Shown here one piece after another: positions 27,001 to 40,600 of a stretch of DNA of 64,000 nt. Below the pieces are notes generated by a model that had not been told where the DNA came from, searched no databases, and worked only from the letters and a program-made list of their open reading frames with translations. Source of the stretch: Auanema rhodensis. Taxonomy: Eukaryota > Animalia > Nematoda. A program made the translations under genes and the position numbers. The stretch is taken from contig OZ059895.1 of NCBI GenBank assembly GCA_964057225.1, forward strand, positions 16,306,001 to 16,370,000. The letters run 5' to 3'. The stretch's first letter is position 1. Every line of letters begins with the position of its first letter.

Positions 27001-30000
27001 CGTTAAAACAATCAGTACGGGGGAAGACTGATATACAAGGGTTGATAAGATTTCAGAATTTAACTACATGATTCACAATCAGTATTTACATTAGTGCTGT
27101 GATATGATCGAAAGAATCGCAAAGCATTTCTCATACTCATCGCGTAACTTTTACTTTTTCACACAATTCAGATGAAATCTTTTGGGCGTAAAATTAGATC
27201 TTATCGTATTTAAAAACTACACACACCACCTTGCCCGAAAATAATGTCATAATGTCAGTTAAACATACAGTATGATTTTAGTGAAAGCACCTAGGTCATT
27301 TCTAATTAATTCAAATTTTAGATGACTATGTTATCTGTTTAAATCAACACAACATTCAAACGCAACTAAAGGCCTCCGGCTGTCACTTTCTCAATAGGAC
27401 GATCAACTACAGCTACACAAATCGAGTTTTGAGGTCATCTTATAACAACATCTGTTGAACTGAGTGAAAATTTGGCATTCAGCAAGTTTTTCATAAGTTA
27501 TGGTTCGTTTACAAAGTTTAATTGGCTATAATCGAAATTGCAAAAACATAACAGAGGATGATATAGTTCCCTATCCAACGAAAAAGAGATAGAGAACTAT
27601 CCTAAGTAAGCCACTCAACGATCCACTTGACTCATCTTATTTTCAATACAACATCCTCCCCGATACACCAACAGATTGTGTCTACATTGCAAATATTATC
27701 ACTACTAACAAGGGATTGTCAATCGTTTGACAGACAGAAGACATATCAAGCTACTTGAACACGGGATGAAATCGTGAAACTGCTTAATACATACCGTCTG
27801 ACCCCATGCTCCTACACCTCTTCGCCGTATTGAGAGATTTCTTTTGCTTTATTTTCATTCAGTACGCCTCTCCAACCTTTGTTGCTTCTAACATCTTACA
27901 TAAACCAATACAGATATCAAGATCGCGAAAAGGTACAACAACTTGATAGAAATTTATAGCAGGTAATAGCAATAAAGATAGAGTATCTCTTAAAGCATCT
28001 ACAGCTGCCGACCGCAAGCAAGCTTATTAGCTGATGTTATCTCAAATACTCCATCCAAATAACTTATTTCAAATTATATTGAAATTGAGAACTGATTAAG
28101 TGAAACACACGGTTCAATCAACTACATTTGCTTGATCCCTGAAAAAGAGTTGACACGTGTCACATCAGTTTCTAACACAACAGACACTTGAAGCATTTAA
28201 CGGTCCCATATGTTAGCTAATGGCTATTAAATCCAGGTAAATCCCAGAGAAAGAAAGATGGAATAGTCGTCAATGGGAGGCAAATATACATTTCTTCTCT
28301 CTTTATACCTTCCTAGTTGCCTTTATCATTCATTAAGATAGTAAAAGTGTGTATTGCAAAGGTTATCTCATCCATCATTCAATGAGCTTCTCAATACAAT
28401 TGTTCACGATTAGGCAGTAATTCGAACAGATGACCTTAAACCTAGATGCAGCACACTGCCGATTATCTAATTTCTTCTCCCTACGAAAATTGAAATAAAA
28501 AGTTGAGCAATGACTTGATGAGAAGCCATTACATGTATGTCCTGATGGTAAACAGGGAGCAATACCTGATTGATAAGCCCTATAAGTCGATTTAAGACTT
28601 TCAACTAACACGCAGTATAGTCCCCCACCCCCACCTTCCACCGATAATACCATAAACGACTAAACAGAGTTTGGATGATGATGATGAGTGGAAAATGAAT
28701 TTCTGACGCTTCAAAACCTTGTCCTGCCGGAGTCATAAATCACGATAAACGAACTGTCTCTATTTCTCTGACTCTCTGCTTATATTGGTCTAGAACCGGC
28801 AACGCCAATCTCTGTAGCGCTTTTTCGTCTTTTTTTATATTTCATCTACTTATAACCGGACCTGTTGATAGACCAAATAAATGCACCTCTCTCGTTCTCC
28901 ATTGGCCGCTCCCTTGATGCGTCCAATGGATATTATTTTTTTGTTTGGCAGTATCCAGCTATTATCACACTGAGTCAAGAAAAAGAATGGGCAAATGACA
29001 TACTGATGCTTCTCATAGTAGATCAGACAAGTTGAAAAGTAGCACCCAATGACTAAAGCTGTCATCCAGATCTTGGCATTCAGAGGATCCGTTGTGAAGC
29101 CTAACAACACTTTTTGACAGAGACCCGTCATAGGTCGCGTGCAAATGCAAAACCATTCCCAAACATCATGTCAAGTCTTGATCGCTCTTTTTTTTTGTAA
29201 AATAGAAGCATAACCTAGCTTTTTGGATAACCAATGTACGGCTAAAAACTTAATATTTGGCAAACAGATAGCAAGAATGATGTTTAAAAATGGTAGATAG
29301 CTTTACTGCCAATATTGATTGTTCTTACACACTTATCAGATTTTTTTGTCAAATGTCAAAAGAAAACTATCTTTCTATCAGTGTGTGTCCGAAGTAATGC
29401 CGTGGTATCACTACTGCACGACAATCAAGACAATAGTTCCAAAGTGAACGACGGAAGCAAGAAACAACGATTTGAAACAAGCCGAATGTATTCATTGTTA
29501 TGGGCAATTTGCGTTAAATAATTGCCTTAGTTTCTTCATATTTACAAGAATCTGAGTGACCTCCTGTAGCGATGATGCATGCCTTATTACAAGAAGAGTA
29601 ACAAATTTCGAACCAACAGTCATAATCATCTTCCTTCGGCACATTTTCTTCTTTAATAGAGAGCGTAGGAAGCGTTTGCATCTGTTAAAGAATCTGCTAA
29701 CAACGCATAGATCCTTTATTCTTATTCCATCACAATGACCGAGAAAGGAATGAGGGTCCGCTGTACAATAGCTATCACTCAGCATGATGCCATTACAAAA
29801 ACTGGCCTAATTACCGCTTGCTCTGAGCTCACAAGAGATCTCAACAAAAAAAAGGGGATATAATGCATAGTTACAAAATTCTATGGGAAGTATAAAGAAT
29901 TAGGTAAGCTATAGCCAGTCTGCACATACTCGACCCTTAAACATGCAGAAGTGGCCTGATGAAGGATTTTCTTTTTTTCTTTTCTCATCATGATCATCTG

Positions 30001-31676
30001 CTCCACCACTACTAGGTCGGCAGAAAAACCACAACCACTACGCACACTCACATTCAAAGATTATTGATTAATATTGGGAAACATATAATTCATAAATGAT
30101 CAATTTTTATACCAAAGAAGAATATTCAAAGTCTTTTCACTCTGTTCCATAAGGCAGTATTTCATTTTTTTTTGAACTCCCCCAGAACAACTAGAACGCT
30201 CATTGTCTTTAAAAATTGAACACTCATTGACTAGGACCATTCTAACCGATCAGCGCAAAAACCTCAGTGAAAGGTAGATAAATCAACTATCGTATTAGGG
30301 AACGTGAAGAATCTATTTTATCACATCAACTCTTCTGTTTTATCAGCCCATTATGAAGAAATGCAGTCCGAGTATCGCAAATAATTCAATGTATTTCATG
30401 TTCATTGGAGACTATTCATCACCGGAAACTTGTCCGAGATATTTGGATCTCGCTACAACAATCGAAAAAAACAGAACAAGTGGTAATCACCTTGCCTGTG
30501 TCTCACATTGATTTATCATATAAATAGGATGGAAACTATGTTTTGCCCTCACTAACATAAATAAATTGAATGTGCTCCATGGATAAGTCATAATGTGTTC
30601 TCGATAGAGATCTTGGTGCATTATGGTTACACGATGGGAACACAACGATTCAATATTCGATAAGGCGAACAGCAAGACAGGTGTTACGCATTCAAACAAG
30701 CGGCTCGGTAGCATGTTAACCTTTACAGCCATGCCAGCACTTACATTGAAAAGAGACAAGAACTATCACAAGAAAACGTCAGTTATCGAAGCTTGTCCAG
30801 CAATTTTCGAAACCAATGTCTAAGCCACCTGTAGTTATAAACAATAATGGCATTATTTGCTTAGTCGGTGCCAAAATTTGCTGCGGCAAGACAGGTCATA
30901 GGTAAACTTATTCTGAATATGATCTGACATGAATACCATTATACGTATGTCAAATAAAGGACGGATTACTAAGCATAACACTAATGGGAATGTCGAGAGA
31001 TAGACGAAGACATGTTCCCAGCGCATAGATAGGTAAGTTGAAGATCAGAATATACCCACAATGATCATACAATAAGAAAAATACTCATTTCATACTAAGA
31101 ACTTCGCGCGTGTGGTCATCAAAAGAAAGAATAACGGACAACGCAACAAGACTCATAAACCGGATAGAATCAATCACTTGTTCACTCTCTTTACAGATCA
31201 ATAGCAGTGATAAGCAGCATTGCTTTCTTTTAATGATGCCGACATTTCACACTCAGGTGTAGCTCTTTGTATATTCAGTTCAACTTCATACATGAAAAGT
31301 GGCATAATGACATGAATTTTGAGCAAGTTTAGAAGAAAAAAAACGCAGCTGTGAACAGGTAAGTCGATGCTAAGGATTAAGTAACATAAGCACAACAGAT
31401 GTCGGCAAGATTAAAGACGCAACCGGTCAAAAAAATGGAAAATTGCAATAGAAAAATGAACAAGAAACGAAGAAAAACGATGTCAAATGCACTTACAAAC
31501 TAAAAAAATAAGAATAACAAAAAAGACTCACCGACTAAATTCTCTGCAGGTCTTTCAAGCTCTGCTTCTAGAACTACATCTTTCTTATCCTCTGCCAACT
31601 GATGACTAGATTGTGGATCGAGCTCGTCGATGTCAGCACTTCGGAATACTTTGACCTCATCAGCGTCGTCGGCCAT
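24040..31676 (-). CDS. pop-1: TCF/LEF transcription factor POP-1 (beta-catenin-binding N-terminus, HMG box, basic tail, C-clamp), 9 exons
   Basis: Minus-strand exons: 31676-31532 ([12 protein letters not shown]...[13 protein letters not shown]), 26916-26795, 25887-25678/25681, 25630-25523, 25428-25342 ([17 protein letters not shown]), 25295-25103 (ELGKRWH...[20 protein letters not shown]), 24498-24355 ([25 protein letters not shown]), 24311-24181, 24132-24040 (TGA). All phases agree. Confidence 0.96.
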
Positions 31677-34600
31677 GCTCACAGAAGACTGGTAAGGCTT
31701 CGTCCGATATCTTCCGAACGCGAGTACGTCGTCTTTGTGTCACAGAAACAGCCGCCTACTAATGATAATAACGTTCATTGGACGCCTAGTACCTACGCTG
31801 CGTCCCTAACCCACGCGTTGTCTGATTGTCTGTACTCTGACCTTACTCTATGAGGAGGGGATGGACCGAGAGAGGGACAGAAAACCTCCCTTTGGGATGA
31901 CACGGAAGCCTGGTACAGTACCCGAGACCACACGGCAGTAGCTCTTATGTCCTCTGAGCACTCACACTACGGCTTTTCGATAACAGCCCAACTGGGTTTA
32001 AGATCCCTTTAGGAATTAACAAACAGTTCATTCCATTCCTCTAACTGAACATCTCTGCTTGTCATCATTTGATTGCTCTGTTCACGATATATCGGTTTTT
32101 TGACCAAGACAAAGTGAATTAACTAATACGTTTATGAAGGAGACTCAGGATGAGTCCTTGAAAAGAACGCACTGCAGGAACAGTGAGCCTTCTCAACTCA
32201 ACTCTTCAGTCTTTCCCTCTTATACAATTGATCATGGCCTTGAAATTCAAATCGGCAATCAAACGACATACAGAGGTTCAGCACATGGCCAACTAGACAT
32301 AAAATCGACACCTTATGGGCTAGAGACACGCGCAAACTTGAAAGATTAAGAACGATACGATAAATGGTGTGAAACAAACATTGACAGTTCAAAGAATAAC
32401 AGAAGGTTATAAGAAATATAAGTAGGAGGAGTTTGAATTCAAAGACAAATGTTACAAATGAAAATTGAGATGAACTTCAAGAAGTATAAAGAAAATAGAA
32501 AGTGAGAAGAACAATAGCTAAACGTCGAGAAAGTGGTAAACGGCATTTGATGACATTTGACAGAAAAATAGTAAAGTTATGAAATAAATATTTGAACACA
32601 GTAAAACATTAGAATTGAGAAGAGCTCGATATCGCTATACGTATCTTAATAGTCAATGATTGGGCTGTGAGAGAAGCAAGTAGAACAAACTAAGTCAAAA
32701 AAGGTGACGTAACAAAGGCAATGAGAAACAGTTAGTAGAAATTTTGTTGATAGCGCATCTAGCTGTGTGAATATAGACTGGCTGCCCGTTTTTGGGTGGA
32801 TTGCTTTCAATTGGAGTCCCAGCAGTCGTATGCGTGTAAGTTAGGCACTAAATCAAGTGCGACTCTTCGTCTAGTCGTTGTCGGTCTGAGCGTCCTTGAT
32901 TGCCTGGTGATAAAGTGAGATAGTTGTGGCTGTCACAATTTAAATCACAATCTACTGCAAATTAGATGGAAGTAGTAGATATCGGTTGCGGAGCTAACAC
33001 ACATACATACATACATACACACAAATAGAGGAGCAATCTTTTTTTATGTTGCATCAACTTTTGTGCCTGCAGCAGGAGGATCCATTGCTCAAACACATGC
33101 TCAGAGTAATGAGAAATTGCGTATGCGAAATTTTAAAATCATATAATCTAGGCATTAAACGTATCTTGCGTGTTTCACATACCTCAAAAGCATGTTAGTA
33201 ATGGATTCAAATGACAGAAGTAGGGGTTAGACCCATCTAAGGATGGAGAGCAAAGGAGAATATGAAGGACAGATGTTCGTTAATAGCTGATGGAAAAGGC
33301 GGAAAAGAGGCAAGAAATTAAATAATTTGCAGGGTAGGAAACGCAGATTAGAATAAGAGGACTCTCTTTTCCTGGCGACAAAACTTCAGAGGTATATTGT
33401 TTTTTCATGCTTTCCGGCCCGAAGTTTACATGTGGGAGGGCTTAAATGTGACAAAAAAACAAAAAAGCTGCCAGAACTTCGACAGAATGGAAGCACGTGT
33501 CAGGGGATGGAACAGAAAATATGATGAAGTCAAATTAATTTTCAGGCGACAATTTGAAGTGTTTTTATTCATAATTCGCTGGAATGTTTTTAGCTAAGAG
33601 GTGTGGGGAATGAGAGGCGTATAGAAAACCTGAACAAATGTTGTGATTGGATAGTTTGTCTGTCGTCTTGCAAGACGAAGAGGTGTTGATAATACAGCAG
33701 AACAAAAAGGATAGCGTCTGATAAGAAATAGGAAGAGAGAGAGGGTCCTAAAGTAGAACGCCGTCCCTTTTTTGAAAAAGCAGGTTAAAGAAAAGAATTA
33801 TTTCGAGAAAAGGAGGACGGCATATTTTAAATTCAGGAGAAGATCTATGCTTGTCATGCTATTTTTTTAGGATCAGGTTGCACAACTATCTTTATGATTT
33901 CTCCTCCTCATATGACTGCGGATCTTAATCTATTAATTTAATCTTATATATTATCAGGGAAAGCAGCTTTCCTTCCTAAACAGCGGACTAATGGCCACAA
34001 AGAGCAGGGTTTAGAATGCTAAGCGCGTATGTAATTGCCAAAATTCATTTGCTCTAGGTCATGATTTATAGAATACAAGGTATCTGGCAAATGATGTCTC
34101 TGCTTAGACCATATGGTTTTATTTTCAACTGCCATCTAAAGATAATACGTAAAATAGCCTAATAAAGAAATACGAACGATAGTAGGCAAAAAGTTAACGA
34201 TTAGTGGATTTGAGAGATTGAAAAAGAAGATTCAGCTGAAGGAATACATGGTGTCGAACAGTAGAATGGGGCTGGGAAAAGACGATTTTTCAAATCTGCC
34301 TCTCATCCATCAGAGCAGGCGCAGCTCGCCAGCTCTCCATCATGCGCCCCGACGATGCCCGTGCCAGCAGACTTTCTACCCAGAGATATCAATTCAATAT
34401 TTTTTTACTACACAAACTTAGTACTTAATAAGGTACCAATTTCTATTGATATGAGTATGATTATATGATGTTGCGAACAAAATATGGCAACTTCAAGGAA
34501 AAAGTATAAAGGCTCTTCTCATGATTCGTGAATCTTGAAACTGATAAAAGAAAAGCTTCGAGAAAACTGTAAAGTTTTGACGAGGACATCGGGCTGCTTG

Positions 34601-37600
34601 CCCTTTGAGTAGTTTCTGTATACATGTCTCTCTGTTTTGGTAAGACCAAACGCAGAGGGAGAGATAACGAGCGGAACCGTTTTCTCATCGTTTCAAGGCA
34701 TTTTCTATCGAAAAAAGTAAAATGACACTTAGAAAACGTCTAGCTTGTCAAGGTCGTCTTCACATTTGAATTTCATCTGGTCCGCTTGGCAACCGCTCCC
34801 GCTGTGGGTCGAATCCGCTAATGATGCACAGGCTGGTAAAACCATATGACGCAAGAGAGCTTAGCGGGGCAGGTTGAAGGGTCCCAAGACCCGAACGATT
34901 GGAAATCCATTTATGGCCGTCGATATAGGATTGTTAAGAAAAAAGAAAACGCTTGCGGATACAAAGAAACAAGCGAGCGATAGAATGAGAAGATAGATAG
35001 AAATTAAACTTCAGGGTCAGAAATATAAATCATTTGGCAACAAACAGGTGCTCTCCATATTCTCTTATCTTTAGCACACTGTATATGGATTAAACTTATG
35101 GAAACAATGGAAAAGCACTCTCATCAGCCGGGTATATAGCAATAATCATCCAACGAAATCTTATAAAAAAGTCAAAAAACTTTAAAATCGTAAGCACGAC
35201 TCAAACTAAAAAGGCGTGAAGACTTAGAAAACGCCGGTGAGGGCTTTCACAAAAAAAAGAAAAAAACGAGGACCTGGTTCAACCTGAAAAAGGTTGTTAT
35301 CTAATATACTGAGTACCATATAACCAAAAAAGAACTGAATAATTGTGACCAAGTTATATATGGAAAGAAACCTTGCATCTGAAGGTTTACGATGGGTCTA
35401 ACTGAGATATAATGAGCCGATCTCCTTATATGGTGGGCCTAAGCAGTTGGGGCCATACGGACGCGGAATTCAAATCCGTAATGGCTAGGCAATGTATGAT
35501 TGTGAAGAGGTATCATAAAAGAAAGAAGATTATAGAAAAAAACTAGGAGTAGTAGGAAATCGAATATGAACATATATTATTTGACAGAGAATAGAGAGGA
35601 GAGCAAAACTATTTTAAAAATATAACATAATTTCAAAAAAAATAGAAGAGGTTAATTATTAGAAAATACAGCCTCCTGTCGGACAGTTGAAGACTAGCCG
35701 GAGCCATCAATTTTGACCGTCTGCCCAATATTTCAGACATTGACAGACGATCCAAAGACTAGGATGACAGCTCATTCGCGTCGATTCAAACGATAGTGGT
35801 GGTACACGAATGGCTTTTTCAATCTATTATTAGAGTTATGCTACGAATTTGAAGAAAAAAGCCATAAAATCTTTGAAATAGGAAAAACGTTCAGGAAATA
35901 AAAATAATGAGCTACTTATAAAAAATATTAATACTATTTGAAAAACAAAGAATGAATTGTAAACAGTTTTGAAAATCGTTAATTGCGATCCAGCAATATA
36001 GATTAAGAAACTTTGATAACGCCAAACACTTTTACTGAATCAAAAATATTAAGGATGAAAGATTTGAAAATAAGAGAAAGGGAGCAGAAAGGTGAGGAAA
36101 ACAGTGAGAGACAGAGGTTGTTGATGCAAAGTGGGCGTATCTAAGGCAGTTGGTCCACTGCCAGCATGGGGGCGGAGCTTTTGATGTTGCACATAAACAC
36201 GCACGCACACATGGTAGTTCAATGAGAAAGAAGCAAAATGGGAGCTGGATACTAATGATATGGGCAGGTAAAGCTTAGTGAGCCATATGAATTGGATTTA
36301 TAATATTTTTTTCAAATACTGTTCGGACTATAAGATACTCAAAGTACGAGAATGACACTTTTTTACAGGTAGAAACCGACTTTTTGTTTCATACTTCGTT
36401 AAGATTGTCATACTAGGCGTCTCCATGTAAGATCGAATTGACATTTTTTTCAATCTCAATAAGTGCGTCGACCTTCTACCGTACATAGGTATTTCCATTT
36501 GACGCAGAAACATGATGAAAAATATGCCGGATGAGATCAAAGAAAATACAGAAGAACGGCAAGTTACATTATGAGGGATATAAATAAATGTTTACAAGAA
36601 AATATGACACCACAAATTATAGATGAGATAAAGATGAAAAGAATAAACCAAAAATAATACCTGAGAATATGCGATAATTGGATAACTATAAGAAAATAAA
36701 TAATTTGAATTGCGTTTCATAGAGGCAGCGCGGCACAACCGTTTCGCAGAACGAAAATAAGAAAATGACACCGTGCTAAGCGTGCACAAAACCGTTGCGT
36801 ACGTAAAAATTTCACGTTTGACGCACCGTAAACATAATATGCTAATTTGTAATTTTATATCTCGGCATGTTGCTATATGGACAGTTTTAAAGCAGAAATG
36901 TTTTAAAAATTATACAAAGATATCAATAATTTTGTTTTTTCTATGATATAGCGGCATATATATATATAGAAAATTGATAGGAAAGCAGATATATTAGAAC
37001 AATACCATGCTAGACTATCACGGGAGACTGGGGGTCGTCTCGCCAGCCAGGGGGGGCGGAGAACAACCATCTAGACAAATAGAGGCTACCGTAATACACG
37101 AAAGCGAAGAATCGGAAGGGGTATAGGTGGTGCTTGAGGAATTGAGCAGTTCAATCAGTTCGTTTGAGCAGATAGACAATGGAAAGTGAGAGCAAAGCAA
37201 AACGGAATGGAAAGAAAGGAGTTGCATAGGCTAAGCGAGAGATAAAGAAAACTAAAGATATATATATATATATATATATAGAAAACCTGCTATTCTCCTT
37301 AGTCCTTAATACTGTTTCGAAAAGAAAAATAGATTATTTTGTGAGTTGGTAAAGATGAGAATGAATAGAATCGGATTGTGTCAAGCTTCCTTTTAAGAAG
37401 AATATTTAAGTTCTTAAAGCTATATTGAAAAAAGCACGAAGATTGAGTTGATGCTTCAATGCGACGATGATCGTAGCAACGTGGGCTACCCATCCACCAA
37501 TAAAAAGAATAAAAGCAAAGCTGGAAAAGAAAGAGGTAAGAGGTATGAAATAGGGTGTGCTAAAGTGGAGGCGATGAAGTAAAATAAAACGATTTTGAAC

Positions 37601-40600
37601 ATGTTGAGGGAGAAGGGAAGCTCATTTCATGTAACGGTAGCTTTGTGCGATAGTTTGCAAAATTGTGTCTCAAACTGCTTTGAGACGTAGATCGCAATGA
37701 AAGTATCAGCAGGAGATTTCAAACTCGCATAGCTCTCCGTAAAGAATGAATGACTTAAGAACAAAAGCTAAACAGCGGAAAAAGAGGAAATTTTTGCAGA
37801 AACCTCTTTTGCTTCATTCTCCTCTCCATCTTTTGCACCTCCTTTCAGGTTGTTTGTTTACATACATATATTCATATATGTAGATATAAGATTGAAAAAC
37901 GATTAATAATATTACATATTTCTACTATCAATCTCTATATATATGAGATAGTTAGTGTGCAGCCATTTGACATTTCCCATGGTATTGTCCATACCATCTG
38001 ATGACGATAGCAACAAGGGCTATGAACATTCTGAAGATAATAGCATGAATTACAAAGTTGAAAAACTTCAATCATAAAGGTGAAAAAGTAAAAAAAAGAA
38101 GAATTGCCATTAAACTGAAAATCAGTATACAAGTTGAAACTTTAAATTGAAACTGTAAAATAGAGGAAAGAAATAGTATAATAGAGGATTTTGAATGTTC
38201 CATTTCAAATGAAATAGAAAGTTATCAATGTTAATCTCATTCTTCAATCTGATTTATCAGATCGTTCACCTTTCCGAGGACATGAGTGTTCATCTGCATA
38301 GACAATCTGATGAGTGTTGATGAAGAAGACAGAAAGAACAGTGAGGTATGCTTGAAGAACACCTTTTGGACTTTTGCCATCTTTTAACTCTGATGGTTAT
38401 GAAGATGACGTCATTAGTCTTCTGGTGTTAACGACTGGCCTCTGACCTATTTGAAATAGAATTGAATTAATTCATCTGCTGGGATCAAATTTCAGAAAAA
38501 GTCAGTTGAAATCAAAACCACATAAAGTATCTCTGATCAACAGACATACAACTCAAATGGTGTGGATCAGATTATCTAATATGTGAAAAGTGAGAAAAAC
38601 AGTAGTAAATAAGGAAGAAGAAAAGTGGAAGAAATAGCGCTACTAAGAGGTAAAAATATGAAGAGAGAGAGAGAGAGAGAGAGAAAGGATGGAGGAGAGT
38701 TATAAGAGAAACGCAAAACGAAGTAAAAGAATCGAATGTAACAGATGAACATACTGTTTGTATTATATTACGAACGAATAGAATACCGGGGAAAAAAGTG
38801 AAAACCCACTGTTAAGGAGAAAGAGGGAGAGTAGGAGATTGAGAGGGAGCAAAGGAATGTCGAGAAAAAGAGAGAGGGAGGGTGATATATAAGAAATAAA
38901 ATAATACAATATATTAGACTTATTTATCAATATAAGTACAGATTTTTCGAAGATTAGTAAACAGCCATGTTTTTTAGTGTCATTTCAAGCTTTTTTTCTC
39001 TTTTATGTCGTCATATCATTTGGTCTTATATCTCCCACCGGATAGAGAAGACTTTCTATTGTTCTTAATAATACAAACTTTTCGCATTTTATTTTTTCAA
39101 AAGATATAATAGAGTTAGAAGAAAAAAATAATTCTTTCTGATTCTTTATTTAAACATTCAGAAATAACAGAAATTTGATATTTTATCATGCTCTTCATGA
39201 ATCATATGCGTTTTCTTGGAAAACGTGGATAGATGAGCAGATATGTTAAGCTCAAGAATTAGAAAAACGTGTTGAAAATCCAAAGCAGGTGAGATTGAAA
39301 AGGTTAATGAGACAATGAAAATTGTGGAATCGTCATTGGTTTTCAACTTTAAGAAGTTTTTTTTGGGGCGCTTTATACGAAACATAAGATTTGATGTTGG
39401 CAAAAACGACAGTATTCTAGTTGAGCAGCGGTTAGAGCAGATTAGATATTCGTCATTCTACTTCATTAATTCCTAAATGTATAGGATGGCTGTGAGAGAG
39501 AATTTCTATTAAAAAAGTGTAGGAAAAACAGCAATTTGTGACCGAAAAACGACATATAAAGCCAGCCAAGGTGGTCCAATTACGGTGTGAAGACACACAT
39601 ACACATACACACAGGTGCTTTTGTCGGCTCAGATTTCGTATGATGATTGTCGGCCCCAGGTGGAAAAAGCCTACCAGCCTATTGGAGGTAATTATTAAAA
39701 AAAACAGAAATATGGCTCGGCTCAGATAATTAGTATGATCAGATACCGTCTGGTTAAATGAACTGCTCATCAGCATGAAATATATTAAATTGGCAACAGG
39801 TCAGCTGTAAGATGAAAAGAAATAATTGGCCAAGAGGTGGGATGTAGTTTATTAGAACGGGAAAGCTAGAAAGATCAAGAAAATACATAGGATTAGAGCT
39901 TTGTTGAGTTTTCCGATGACAGCGACAAAAAACGAGTGTTGAAGTATACGGTAGATGAAGATGACATGTGGTCGTGGAGTTGTCTAAGAAGAATGAAGGA
40001 ACTGTTTGGGCTTAAAGCAGCGAATGACGACAAGTGATGTAGCGAGAAGGGCTGATACTGCTCGTAAGATGATCCTATCCGTTTCTCGACAACGAATGAG
40101 AAGGGGGAGTGCAGACAAGCTGAGTGGGAGAGGGGAAAAGAGGATAAGGATGAAGGTGAGAGCAGAAGAGATGATAGACTAATTGACTAAACAGAGAAGC
40201 ATAGTATGTTAACTATCAAATGAATAATAGAATTTAAGAGATACTGTAAGAATTGACTTAGAATGGATAGATAGATAGATGCTGTTTCATTTATGAAGAA
40301 CATACAGGAAACTGCCATATGAATGTGGGTCAGTGCACGGACTTGACCGATGTGAAAAGGCGAAGTACAGAAGACGACAGAATGAAAGAGATGAAGAAAC
40401 GGTGAACTATTGGCTGTGTACTCAGTTTGAATGAGATGAAAAAGAAAAATTTTCAAATTTTTGCAGGTTAGTCATAGAAAACTCAAATACTGACCAGTAA
40501 TGATGATCTGGAAAAAAAAGATTGAACAGGACGAGAAGAGTACACGTTCAAAATTGATGTGGAATCTGGTCTCGAACTGGGATAAATGAAATGTAGTAGT

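Noticed and set aside
35437-35444. GCCTAAGC as a telomerase template
   Set aside because: An 8-nt chance-level match, paired with TAGGC at 35486-90, with no H/ACA domain seen downstream.
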